Source: a virus. Taken from it: 64,000 bases of DNA. This document shows, piece after piece, positions 28,848-40,900 of this stretch. The notes under the pieces are model-generated. The model had not been told where the DNA came from. It made no database searches and was given only the letters and a program-made list of their open reading frames with translations. Where the stretch lies: IMG/VR virus record IMGVR_UViG_3300025127_000012. The stretch is one strand, 5' to 3'. The position numbers and the translations under genes were made by a program. Numbering within the stretch: the stretch's first letter is position 1; each line of letters opens with the position of its first letter.

Positions 28848-30334
28848 TATACTACTACTATGTCTCCTTTCATATTACCGTGTATAGTGCACTGATAAAC
28901 ATACGTTGTACCAGCAGCAAGTGTTTGTGGGACTGTCCAGAACTGAACACCATTCACTGAACCACTGACATTAGAAACAGATGAACCACCATCAGATACC
29001 CTGATTGCTAGTGGGTGTCCACTTCCAGTTACATTATCAAATCTGTATGTAAATCCTCTGTACACATAGATTGTAGTATCATTACCATTAGATATTCCAG
29101 GACCATTAACGATATAATAGTTTGAGTTGCCATCTGATGTAAATGCATATGACACTGTTGGTGATGCAACTGCCTCATATGAACTTGTACCATATAGAAG
29201 TGACTGTCCTTCACTTGCACTGGGAAGAGCAACTGTATTTGTGATTGTAAGAGTATTACCTGACACAGCAGTTGAAACACCAGTACCACCAGCAATAGTT
29301 ACAGAAGAATCAGAAGCAGCAGCAGTATAACTACCACTATCACCTGATATTGCTTGCAATACATTCTGTACTACGTTAGGTGAATCATTTGTTATGGTGA
29401 TAGCACCAGCATTTGCATTTGTGGTAATTCCTGTTCCACCAGTAAATGTTAATGTATCAGTTGTAGTGTTTGCTGTGATAGTTGCGTTGTCAGCACCTAG
29501 CGTTGCAAATATGTTTTGATCAGGTGCACCTAGTGAACCTGTCATGTTGATGGTTAATGTATCTCCTGTAAGTGAAGTTGCAATATTTGTACCACCAGCA
29601 ATAATTAAAGTGTCGTTTGCAGCAGATGCAGTTGTTGTTCCTGTGTCTGCGTTAACAGTTTCAAATAAGTTTTGTGTGGTTCCACCACCTCCACCACCAG
29701 ATTGCTGGTCGTTTGCTGGTTCCCACTTACTATTAGAGTCGTTCCATTTTAGAACTTGTCCATCAGAAGGACCACCGTTGACAGTTGTATCTACATCAGT
29801 AAGTGCAGATATACCATCGTTATAGTCCATCAACTTAACCCATGCAGCAGCATGAGCGAAGTAACCTTTACCTGTGCCATGTACATGTGCAAACATACCA
29901 TGCTGGTCTGTTGCACTAGGAAGATCTCCTTCTGTTGCATATGGAGCATACCACGTTAGATAACCTGTTGTGCCATCTATTCGTGTATAAGCTGACCCAG
30001 AACCGCCTGCTCTAAGATTAATATGCCCAGTTCCTGTTTGATGTATTGTAATAGCATCAGTTCCGTCAGAAACAATATCATTACCATTAGTGTCTAAATT
30101 ACTGCTTAGTAAATTATAATCTGAACCACGGAAAGCAGGAGTCGGAGATGAAGTCCATTTAAGAACTTGCCCCTCAGTTATTCCCCCAGCGATGTCTATG
30201 AGAACATTTGTACTATCCCCTAGTTTATCGTAAATTTCTGTGAAATTAGCATTTGCCTTGATAGCACCATCACGCAGGGTGTCACCTGTGCCATCATTTG
30301 CAGAAGATCCAATCCCAATCGTTTGTTTTGCCAT
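28847..30334 (-). CDS. Baseplate protein with gp9/gp10-like N-terminus and C-terminal cupredoxin-like domain
   Basis: MAKQTIGIGSSANDGTGDTLRDGAIKANANFTEIY (gp9/gp10 N-terminal motif), GQVLKW repeats, C-terminal GHP...YQCTIHGNMKG. Confidence 0.8.
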   Translation of the reverse strand: MAKQTIGIGSSANDGTGDTLRDGAIKANANFTEIYDKLGDSTNVLIDIAGGITEGQVLKWTSSPTPAFRGSDYNLLSSNLDTNGNDIVSDGTDAITIHQTGTGHINLRAGGSGSAYTRIDGTTGYLTWYAPYATEGDLPSATDQHGMFAHVHGTGKGYFAHAAAWVKLMDYNDGISALTDVDTTVNGGPSDGQVLKWNDSNSKWEPANDQQSGGGGGGTTQNLFETVNADTGTTTASAANDTLIIAGGTNIATSLTGDTLTINMTGSLGAPDQNIFATLGADNATITANTTTDTLTFTGGTGITTNANAGAITITNDSPNVVQNVLQAISGDSGSYTAAASDSSVTIAGGTGVSTAVSGNTLTITNTVALPSASEGQSLLYGTSSYEAVASPTVSYAFTSDGNSNYYIVNGPGISNGNDTTIYVYRGFTYRFDNVTGSGHPLAIRVSDGGSSVSNVSGSVNGVQFWTVPQTLAAGTTYVYQCTIHGNMKGDIVVV

Positions 30335-30356
30335 CTTTTTACAGTTTGTACAGTTT

Positions 30357-30364
30357 TATTTATG
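30357..30364 (-). promoter_or_regulatory. Probable late promoter (CATAAATA)
   Basis: ATAAATA core overlapping the stop of the YHYH gene, 23 nt before ATG 30334. Confidence 0.6.
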
Positions 30365-31961
30365 TGGCGTCGAAGGAAACTTGTGTGCTATCCAACTTCA
30401 CGTTAGTTGATGAGAAGTCCTCAGCAGTTCCACCGCCAACACCAGTAACAGTTAATGTAGCGATTTCAGTTGTTAATGGTGAGTTTGTTGCTGGTGTTTG
30501 TCCAATAGGTCCTGCAATCACACAACGGAATTTGTATCCTGTCATGTATGATAATGCAGTGAATGAATATGAATTGCTTGTTGCACCAGTAACAACAGCA
30601 AAAGAGAATCCACCGTCTGTTGATCTAAACCACTGATAAGACTTGGGACCATCTTCGGGTGATATAGCAGCAGTAACAACGAATGTGACTGTGTTTCCAG
30701 CAGCAGCAGTTGCGTTTGCTGGTTGTGCACCAATCTGAATAGTAGCAGGAGGTGCTTCTCCTCCTCCTGATGGAGGTGGTGGGGGTGCCTGTGCTCCGTT
30801 GTTAGGTGGTTGATCTATTGATTCCCTACATGTGAAACCCATCAAGTATGGGAATATTGCTTTCAAATTTGACTCACTATCTAACTCAGTAGATAAGAAA
30901 TATGCATATGTTCCATTTGGATATTCTGGTGTTACACAGAATCTACCATTGTGATAATCTAATACACCAAGACCCTCTGCATACTCCCAGTCTTGCATCA
31001 GAGCACCAGCAGGAGGATTAAGTTGGGTAGTACCATAGGTAGGTCTGCCTGCAACCTCTTCTGCTTTTACTCTATAAGAACTTGTTGCTAATGATATACC
31101 AGAAAGATTATTCCAAGGAGTTGTGTAGAAATAAGGTCCATAGATAGGGAATCCATCAAATGCTATTCCAACCATCTTTGAGTGCCCATCTGGGTGCCTT
31201 AGATTGTCACCATTATACTGTGATGAACCATAGTAATCATTGTATGTTGACATGACAGCATTTGATTTCCAGCATGCCAAGAAGTCAGTGTCATGGTAAT
31301 GATATTGTCCTGTCTGTTCTGGGTGTCCACCACAATTATCATCTCCAAAACTTACCACAGCATCTTCAAAGTGTGCATTCCAATTAAATCCTGCTGGGGG
31401 ATTACCTCCATCACCAGCACTAGGATTAAAGAATACTACACCATTAGATGCTATACCAATAGCACCAAGAGGTGTTGCAACACGAGCATTTCTTTGATCG
31501 TAATACTCTACTGTACCATTTTGATCAGAAGCAAAGTCTACAATAAGTTGTAAATTATTACTTGTCTCTCTCCAAAACTCCCCAGCAATAGCGGTCTGAG
31601 TTGTCCCCCTGTATATGAATACTTGTTTACGTTCGTTAGCAGTGTCCTTATCGAATACAAATAGAATCCTATCACCAACTCTAATCTGTCCACTAGATTC
31701 TGTTCCGAGCAGCGTATTGTCGTTAGCCGAGAGTGGTAATGATACTAGGTATCCATTCTGTGTGTATGTTGCAGTATCAAACGTTCTTGTAACACCAAAT
31801 GTACCACCTCTAAAATAAAAGTCATGGTCAAAGTCTTGCTCAGTTACAGAACTAGGATTATTCGCATTAGGAAACGTACCATAGAGTACAGGGTTTGGTA
31901 AACCATCTGCTGATACATCTATGATTCGTGTTGCTGGATTGTAGGTTGCGGTCCCTGCCAT
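30360..31961 (-). CDS. YHYH-domain virion protein with C-terminal Ig-like domain
   Basis: TPLGAIGIASNGV, GGHPEQTGQYHYH, HSKMVGIAFDGFPIYGPY, LDYHNGRFCVTPEYPNGTYAYF; Pro linker; QPANAT...FVV...YQW...FRC Ig pattern. Confidence 0.88.
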   Translation of the reverse strand: MAGTATYNPATRIIDVSADGLPNPVLYGTFPNANNPSSVTEQDFDHDFYFRGGTFGVTRTFDTATYTQNGYLVSLPLSANDNTLLGTESSGQIRVGDRILFVFDKDTANERKQVFIYRGTTQTAIAGEFWRETSNNLQLIVDFASDQNGTVEYYDQRNARVATPLGAIGIASNGVVFFNPSAGDGGNPPAGFNWNAHFEDAVVSFGDDNCGGHPEQTGQYHYHDTDFLACWKSNAVMSTYNDYYGSSQYNGDNLRHPDGHSKMVGIAFDGFPIYGPYFYTTPWNNLSGISLATSSYRVKAEEVAGRPTYGTTQLNPPAGALMQDWEYAEGLGVLDYHNGRFCVTPEYPNGTYAYFLSTELDSESNLKAIFPYLMGFTCRESIDQPPNNGAQAPPPPPSGGGEAPPATIQIGAQPANATAAAGNTVTFVVTAAISPEDGPKSYQWFRSTDGGFSFAVVTGATSNSYSFTALSYMTGYKFRCVIAGPIGQTPATNSPLTTEIATLTVTGVGGGTAEDFSSTNVKLDSTQVSFDAT

Positions 31962-31965
31962 GATT

Positions 31966-31973
31966 TATTTATT
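31966..31973 (-). promoter_or_regulatory. Possible late promoter (AATAAATA)
   Basis: ATAAATA core overlapping the gp7 stop, but only about 5 nt from the next ATG. Confidence 0.35.
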
Positions 31974-34900
31974 GGAAGAGTTGATTAGGTGTGAAGTTAG
32001 AAATTACAGTAGCACCAGTCTGTACTGTTAGGATTACAGAGTTGGAGTAAACAGGTTGTGCACCAGCAGCGGTGATAGCAACTCTGAACTCATCACCATC
32101 ATCTGCCTGTTCAGCAGCGTTAGATGTGTAAACTGCTTGTGTAGAACCAGTGATGTTTGACCATGCAGTTTCACCGTATTGCTTACGCTGCCACTGATAG
32201 TTAAGAGGTGTAGTTCCTACACTGTTATCAGATTGTAATCTGAATGATGCGTCTACTGTGAATGATGCAGTCTGACCTTGGTTAACAGTTACGTTTGTTG
32301 GTTGAGCATTTATAACAATATAACCAGCAACGATAACGATTGGATTACCATCTGCGTCTGTACCTTGTCCAAGGTATGTGTCAAATCCACCGTTAACACC
32401 ACCACCAGTAGGTGCAACGAAATCATCTTCAACAGTTGTCTCTACAACAACATCAGGTAATGCATAACCAATACCAGCGTTCTTAACAACGATACTTGAT
32501 ATACCCATCAACGCACGAACACGACCATCAAATCCAGTAGATGATATGACATCAACTTGTGGACGTGATGAATAACCATCACCAGGTGTTGTGATTATTG
32601 CTTTTGTTATTTCACCAGATTTGATTGTTGATAACGCAGCAGCGTCACGACCCTTAACAGTTCCTGTGTACTCAAAAGTAATTAAGGAGTTTGAAGATTC
32701 AATCAACGCAACTTCACGAGGAGAACCTTCTCCGTCAATCTCTAATACGTCTCCTGCTTCGATAGGAGGTACGACAGTTGCAGCAATAACGTCAGCATCA
32801 GAACCAATATATGAGAACGCTACGAATGTAGATCCTGCACGAGGAGTTTCAGCAAAGATTATTCTTGAACCAACAAGTTCATAACCTATTCCAGGTTCCT
32901 GTATAACACCGTTCAATGAACAGATGATATTGTTCTCTGGAAGAATAGTGTTAGATGAAACACCTTCTGTTAATGTTAGTGAGTAGAATCCTCCAAGGTA
33001 TTTGAGGTTGAAGGACGAACGAAGTGAATCAAATTCAAAACTAATGTCGTCCAACTGGCGTAACTTACCGACATAGTATCCGATAAACTCAGATCCGATA
33101 GTTGGAGGTTCTGTAAATTGGATTTGGTCTGAGAAGGCAGTGTATGCAAAGTTTGCACCTGGGGGTTGTAGAACACCATTAATAAATGTGAGGATATGAC
33201 CAGCAGGGTCGGGGAAGTATCTTTCGCCATTGTTGACGGTCAACTTAAATGTTGTTGCAACCCCATCAAATCCTCTGAAATATCTATCACAACGTCCGAG
33301 TAATCCTTTACTTTGTGTAACACCAGCAGTCCAACCATAGTCAGATATAATACTTAAATTACTTGGGAAGTCACCACTTACATCTTCTAACCACAATCTA
33401 CCAGTTGTACCAGAAATTGCCTTACCAGCAACACGTCCATAAGATGTGTAGTTAGTAATTGTATTACTGCTTAGGTTAGCAAATATAATTGGGAAGTTAT
33501 TAAGGTTCTCAAATTTACCGATGGCACCATTGACTGCTAGGTTTGGATCATCAACTGTTGAACCATCTGGTGCCTGACCATATGGGGTAAAGTTAGCAAG
33601 ATATATGTTATGAATACTATTATCAGGATCGTAGTTATATTCGGTTACAACAGCAGTCCAACCTGGTTCTTTTGGAATAGTTCCTTGTAAGAGATATACT
33701 AAATCTCCTGCTGCGAAATCACCTGTAAATCCTTGGTCTCTTGTGACACTAGCAACCTGATACTGAACAGTCTTAGTACCATGTACAAACTGATTAAGTT
33801 CAATTTGATCTAGTCCTGATACTCTAATATCTGCAATATCAAGAATCCTATCTGTTACAGAACCATAGATGATATCACCATCAACAAAGTCTTGATCTAG
33901 TGATTCAATATCAATACTGATTCTACCACCTGTGTTACTTGTAAGAGCACCAGCAGAGTTTTCATAAAGAACGATATCTGCCTCAGCAGAGTTCGCTTTG
34001 TTAAATATCATTTCGTTAACAGCGAACGCTCCTCTTTCTAGGTTGACCAACATACGAGTCTTACCTGTGCCATTTACACTAGCAGTAACACCACTGTCTA
34101 CACCTTCTAATACATCATCGTTACTGAATGCACCAGTAATATTTTCAACGTAAATATAACCTTCGTTACTATTATCACCTGTTAATACAGATGTCTGAAC
34201 AATTTGACCGTTGTTAGATGCAGAACCTTGAACCTGTATTGTTTCTCCATTTGTAAATCTACCAGATGCAGCGTCGATAAAGAACTTGCTGTACAACTTA
34301 ATAACTTTTGCTTCGTTGTTTCTAGTTCTTATAACGTCAGCACGAGAATCAGATGTGATACCAGCAACAACATCAGCAATATTAAATCCACCACTTACAG
34401 GTGTGTCAATATCTCTGACACCAAATGTTGTAGGTGCTCTTTCGATACCAGATCTTACATCAACAGCAAACTGTTGTTGACCAGTTGTAAGAGTGTCTAC
34501 ACGGAAACGTGAGTATCTTGCATCGTGTCTAATCTCTCTTGAAATCTCGAAATATGTAGGAGTTGCATTAAGAACGTAGAACCAATTCTGTCCTTGTAAT
34601 CCTTTCTCAATATCTGCTGATGCAGGAACGTAAGTTAATACATCACCACGAGAATAGAAATTAGGACGAGTAATCTTAACTCTATGTTCTCTTCTCTCGA
34701 ATCCAACCTCGACTGTTGGTGTATTAAGAACAAGATCAGGGTCAGTGTTCCAGTCATTACCTTCATCATATAAGTTACGATCATTGGTTGCATGTGTATT
34801 ATTGATCCATGTAATAGTATTATTTGTTGGAGGTGTACCTCTGGTTAATGCAAACTCAGCAACGTTAATTGATGCGTCCATGAAGAACTCAGTAGATTCC

Positions 34901-37900
34901 TTCTGGTATTCAATACGATTGATTATAGCATCAGAGAGAGTAGGATCAAAGTATGCATCGTAAGTATTATTCTGTCCCCATTCTGATGTATTATTCTGGT
35001 CATAGGATATACGTTTTGCTGCCTCTGCAATACGCAAGAGATAGAATACTAAGTGTTGTCTAACAACAGTTGGGAATGCAATAAAGTTACCTTCACCATC
35101 GAACCATGTATTTACATACTTCATCATTCCAGCATTACCACGAGTGTTCAAGTCGTAGATAATAGCATCCATTATAGTTTCTGCAAACCCTATTTCAGCG
35201 TTAGTTGTAGGATATTGTGATTGTGTCTCAGCAAATGCCTTACGAGAGATTGCTCCTTTGTTGAATGTTAGATATCTTGCAATGAAACGTTCAGAATAGT
35301 TACCACCTGTGTGTGGAGAATTACCACCACCAAGTGTATCAATCATGAGATCAAATAATGTATCAGATGCAGATACAACGTTATAACATGTATATAACTG
35401 ATATGCAGCATTACTATTATATGGGGTTGTTCTAGTAACAGTTGTTAGATGACTAGGAGCAGGACTTGAAGATGCTGCCACCTCGATTGTATCCATTACA
35501 AGATTAAATAATGTCTCAATACCAGATGCTGCCTGTGCACAAGTATTGTTCCAACCAGATGTACCACCATTTTCATCAAATGTGATTGTTGTGTCACGAT
35601 TTGCCATGTCATTGGCATACTTGATTGGCCAAATGTTTGGTAGTGATTTCTGAATTGTACCATCAGTTATCTGTACAGGATTAGCAAGTGTATCAGTAAC
35701 GATAGATGTAAATGTTGTTAGGGCAGATGCTACGTCAGCACAAAGAGGTGTACTACCATCAGCAGTAATAGTATAGTTTGATTGATTGTATGGGAAGAAA
35801 TCTAAGTCAGTGAATAATTTCTGTGAGAATCCATGTGTAGAACCAGCAGTATTAACAGTCTCTTGTCTCATTACTTGTATAGCAAGATCTCTTGCTTTAT
35901 TCATTACCCAAGTTACTTCTGTAACGTAACCAGAAACGTGTGCAAGTGCAGTTCCATCTGTATACATTTCAGCAGCATGGAATACTTTGTTGTTACCACC
36001 ATTGCGTAAATTCCACTGCATTGCATCAAGAACATCAGTAACGTCTTGTACACAGTCATGCTTACCAGCAACAGTAATTGCTTCATGTTCTGCTCTTACA
36101 AATGTATGTGCATATTGATCGTTTGCACCAGCAGCACCAACATTAAATGTAAATGTATTTGTACCTGTTGATGTGATCGCAATACCTTTGTTATACCAAG
36201 GATCGGTTGTTCTAGGATATGCATGCTCAGAATTATTATTATCCTTAGTACATGTGAATACTAATGATTCTTGGCGTACATAGATCTTACGCCCTGTTGT
36301 TAGTCCATGAGCAGAACCATGGTCATATGTTATAACACCAGTAGCAGCATCATATGTCATGCTTCCTGCTGCTGGGGTGAATGGACCCACGCCACTTACC
36401 CAATCAGTGTTGTGTAGTGATGGGAATTGTACAAGCATTTCATGTACTGCTTGTTCTGCAATAAATCTAATGTTTCTTTCAACTATATTTGCAGCATCAA
36501 TGAATCTATCAATTACAGCATTCTGTTCATATGTACTTGTTTCAACTTCATTAAATGATTCAGTAGTACCACCACCAGTTACCTCTCCACCTTCTGTTGT
36601 ACCAGAATTATCTTCTGGATCGTAGATGTAAAGGTTCTCTCTACCAAATCCATTTCTCATGGTAAGGATTGCTATTTCCATTGCCCATGTCATTGCCCAC
36701 TTAGATGCTTTATCTTCACCTTCTACATGGATAAGACTGCTATCTTCTGGATCAAGATATAGTGCAGCAGCATCCCAAGTCTTAGAGTTACCACCTAGTC
36801 TAATATCATGAACCATTGCTTCTATAACATCTACTAAATCATCAGCACAATTTGTTCTACCACCTGGAACTTGGAAGTCTAGGAAGTAAGACATATCATT
36901 CATTGTATGAACTGCTTCCCATGCAATAACATGTTTGTTTCTTTCTAACTGATCAGCAGTATCCATCCAGATGTTATGACTTGGAGAAACTCTACTTTGG
37001 TCAGGTGCCTGTGTGTCTATGGTGACTGTTGTATCTCTGTATGCTTCTATCTGTGTGTACTGAGCAACATAGTAATCATCTACATATTCAGCTGAGATTC
37101 CAAGACTAGATGCAGTTGTACCGAATGTTAATAGTGTTTGGTTAATTGCATGATGTGCTAATTTCTTAGTATGCTCAAATGCATCCAACATAGCACTTAG
37201 TTGATCTTCTACATGAATGATCTGACTAGAAGGATTGATGTATTGATCAATAGCATATTGTGTAGCAGAGTTACCACCTGTTAATAGATCAGTAACAACA
37301 GCAGGAAGAATGTAAACCTTAATATCTCTTTCACAATATGGTTGACCATATCCAGGCATCACTAAGAAGTCATAATCTGTGCCATTGATATTTGCTTTAT
37401 AATCATCTTGTATTTTAAGAGCAACTTCTTCTGCAATGTAATCTCTATTCTTCCATAATGCATCACCCGCATCTCTGAACCTATCACCAGTAGGAGCAAG
37501 AATATTAATTATTTGATCTGCTAGATTTGTTATCTCATCTTGTATTGCCTGAGATGCAGGAGAAGAGAAGTTATTAGGAACTCTTAGAATCTCTGTATAC
37601 TTAGTTCCAGCAGCAGGATAATTTACAAGATCACTACTTGTAGTTGTAATGATATAGTTCATTACATTAGCAAGTTCATTCCAAGCATATACAGATTGTA
37701 GAAGTTCATTACCAACGTAATCTAAACCACCCGCCTTGGTTAGATATCCTCTACCAGAGATTGTACTGTTATAATTACCACCATATCTAAGGTCAGCAAT
37801 AATTGCTTTTGCGATATATTCCTTAGTATCACGAACACACTTAGCAGTACCAGTTGTGCTAGTATTACTATCACCTGGAATTATGAAATCAGGATATTTT

Positions 37901-40900
37901 GCTGCCATTAAACCAACAGCAGTTTCTGCCATCCAGTCTAAGTTAAGTTCTAATATATCTGCTGCTTCTCTATATGAGTCTCTACCTAGGTCAATATCTT
38001 CAATGATAACTTCCTTAGTATCATAATTAACTTTCTTACTTGTAGCAGTAGAGTTTGTCTGACCTGTGTATATACCGAAGCAGTCTTCTGTACTGATAAT
38101 TATTGGTGACTCACAATCTAATCCAAATGTTACCTTGGCAGTATCTGTTGGATATGTAAATCCTGGGGTAAATGTATTTGAGTACTTAGATTCTGTATGG
38201 AGTAGGAAGTTATCCATATGTCCAACAAATCCATTAGCACCCTGCCAATCAGCAGCAATAGTAAATGGTCTTTCTAGGTAGTCATTAGTATCATTGTAAT
38301 CACCACCAACTTGTGTACCATTTACAAATAACTTAGTAATACCTGTTGTTCTGGTAACAGCAATATGACTCCAAACATTAGCAGTTAAGTTATGTGCACC
38401 AGCAATTTGATCTGTGCTATTGTACCAGTATTTGATTTGTGTTCCATCAAGATATAATACAGGAGATCCTACCAATGTTGCACTTGTAGTTCTTGTGTCG
38501 TATAAGAACTGTGTACCAGTCACTGCATTAGGACGTATCCACATTTCAATAGTAAAGTCATTAGTACCAAACTTCTGACGATCAGATAATGTATGTGCTA
38601 AGTAAGAACCAGCGTCGAATCTTATTGATTGTGTTCCTGCTTTCTTTTGTAGTTTTGTTAGAACAGCAGAACCATTAACAGTTAATTTAGAGTTAGAGAC
38701 ATACTCTCTATCTTGGAATGAACCAGTAACAGCGTTAGTGAACAACCACTTCAATCCAGCGTTTGTTCCCTTACATATAAAGTTAGCATTAGAAGTTGCA
38801 CCTCTGATTGTTTCACCAGGAAGGAAGAATCCATTACCTTCTAGATCTTTATATGCAATCTTAAATACTCTGAGGTTTTCATTCTCTACATATCCACCAT
38901 CATTTAGAGCAGCACCAGTAGGAACAGCACTAAGTGATCCTGCACCTATTGCAGTAGTAACGTGTGTTATTAATGTATGAATGCCTGCTTGAACGTCTGC
39001 ACAATTACCAAGACCTTCGTTAACTCCACTATAATAATTAGGATCATAATATGCTGCTTCGGTTCCGCCCCCATTGTATACAGCATTAGGTTCAGCAGAA
39101 ATAAATGTATGAGTGAAACCACCACCACTGCTAACAGCGTTAGAAGAGGCAGTAACGAATGTATGTGCATATTGATCAGTCTGGGCAGAAGCACCAACGT
39201 TTACAGATATAGTAGTTGAATCCTTAGCAACAACTGGTAAAGATGCACCAGATGCAGGGTCAGTTGTTCTTGGATATTGTTTTGGTGTGGTGTTGTTGTC
39301 TTGTGTACAAGTAAATGTAATTGAAAGGTCAGCAATCGTAACTGGATCACCTATATCAAGGTTATGAGATCCAATAGTCAATACCATCACACCTGTTGCT
39401 GGGTCGTATGTTGCACCAGTAGGTGTGTATTGTACAAGAGGTGATGCACCAACATCAACAGTAATAGATGTAGGTGTTGTAGCAGATATATTTAGATCAG
39501 CGTTAAATGCTGGGTCACCTGTTCTAGGATATGGGTGGAATGTTGCTCCACCGTCCATAGTACATGTAAAGTTCAAACTGTAAGGTCTAATCTTAACAGT
39601 ATCTGATGTTGTCAAACTATGACTACCAATAGTCATTACTAATTGACCATTAGCAGGAGTATATGTGACAGCAGTTGGTGTAAATTGTGTTAGTGTAGTT
39701 CCAGCAGCACCAAGATAAGGACCTTGATATGTTGTTGGATCTTTCAACATATAACCTGTCTCAGGTGTTCTTGTGTTGACCTGTACATATAATAAATTAT
39801 TGATTGCTTTCTTACATAATTCTGCTACATGCTTAAATGCAGATAGATATTCTTTTACCTCTCCTACAAATCCGTTAGTAATAGGAACACCAAGATTATC
39901 AAAGTATGTCTTGATAAACTTGACAGTTTGGAAGTTACCATCACTTGTGATATCTGCTGATAATGCATCTACAAGATATCCTATGTCTCTTCTGCACTTA
40001 ATTTCATGTGCAGTGTACTGTGTGACAGTTACCTCGTCAAGTAAATCAGCGAGAGAACCAGCAGTAAGTACAACAGAAACGTTGTCATATAAAGTTTGTA
40101 AAGCTGACTGAACATCTGAACAGTTAGTTGCTCCATAGTTTGTGGTATTTGTGCCAGCAGTTCCATAAGGATTACCTGGTGAAGGGTCAGCAGTAATCCC
40201 AGTTCCGCTGGAACCACCAGCAGTTCTTTCATTATACTTAACGTAGGTCACACCATCAACAGTTTCAGAACCAGTGAGCATATTGCTCAATGCCTGTTTC
40301 ATCAAACTAACTGCCTGACCAAATGCATAGTTAGTTGCCTCTGCCTCATTATTTACATATAAGAAGGTCGTACCATCAGTTGAGAAATACTTTTGTAACA
40401 ATTTGCGTGTGTATTTCGTACCACCACTGTAAACGTCGAATGCCAATGCCTCGATCATATACTTGGTATCTCTAATACACTTAGGTCCAGATGGAATTGT
40501 TAATGATGGATATTGTGCAACCATCAATGCATATGCTTTGTTAGCAATGTAATCTATATTTCTGATGATTAGACGATAAGCATCAGCATATCTACTCCAA
40601 GCATCAGTCATGTTATCACCTGGATAGTAGAATCCTGGGTGCTCAACTGCTATCTGTGCATTAGCAAAGTCAACGATCTCGTCTTTGTTTAGGGCGATCA
40701 TACGACCACCATCTTGCCATCTGTTCTTAGCGTTAGTTACTTGGTTACCATATTCAAATGTAATAGAACGAAGCATATCGTTTGCTGCTATTACACCACC
40801 AGTTAGGTTCTCATATTCAATTTCAGTAGATCTTACTTCTTCAAAATCTAGGAAGTCAGCATTGATACGATTGTCTGCATCTGTTAATGTAGTAGGTGTA

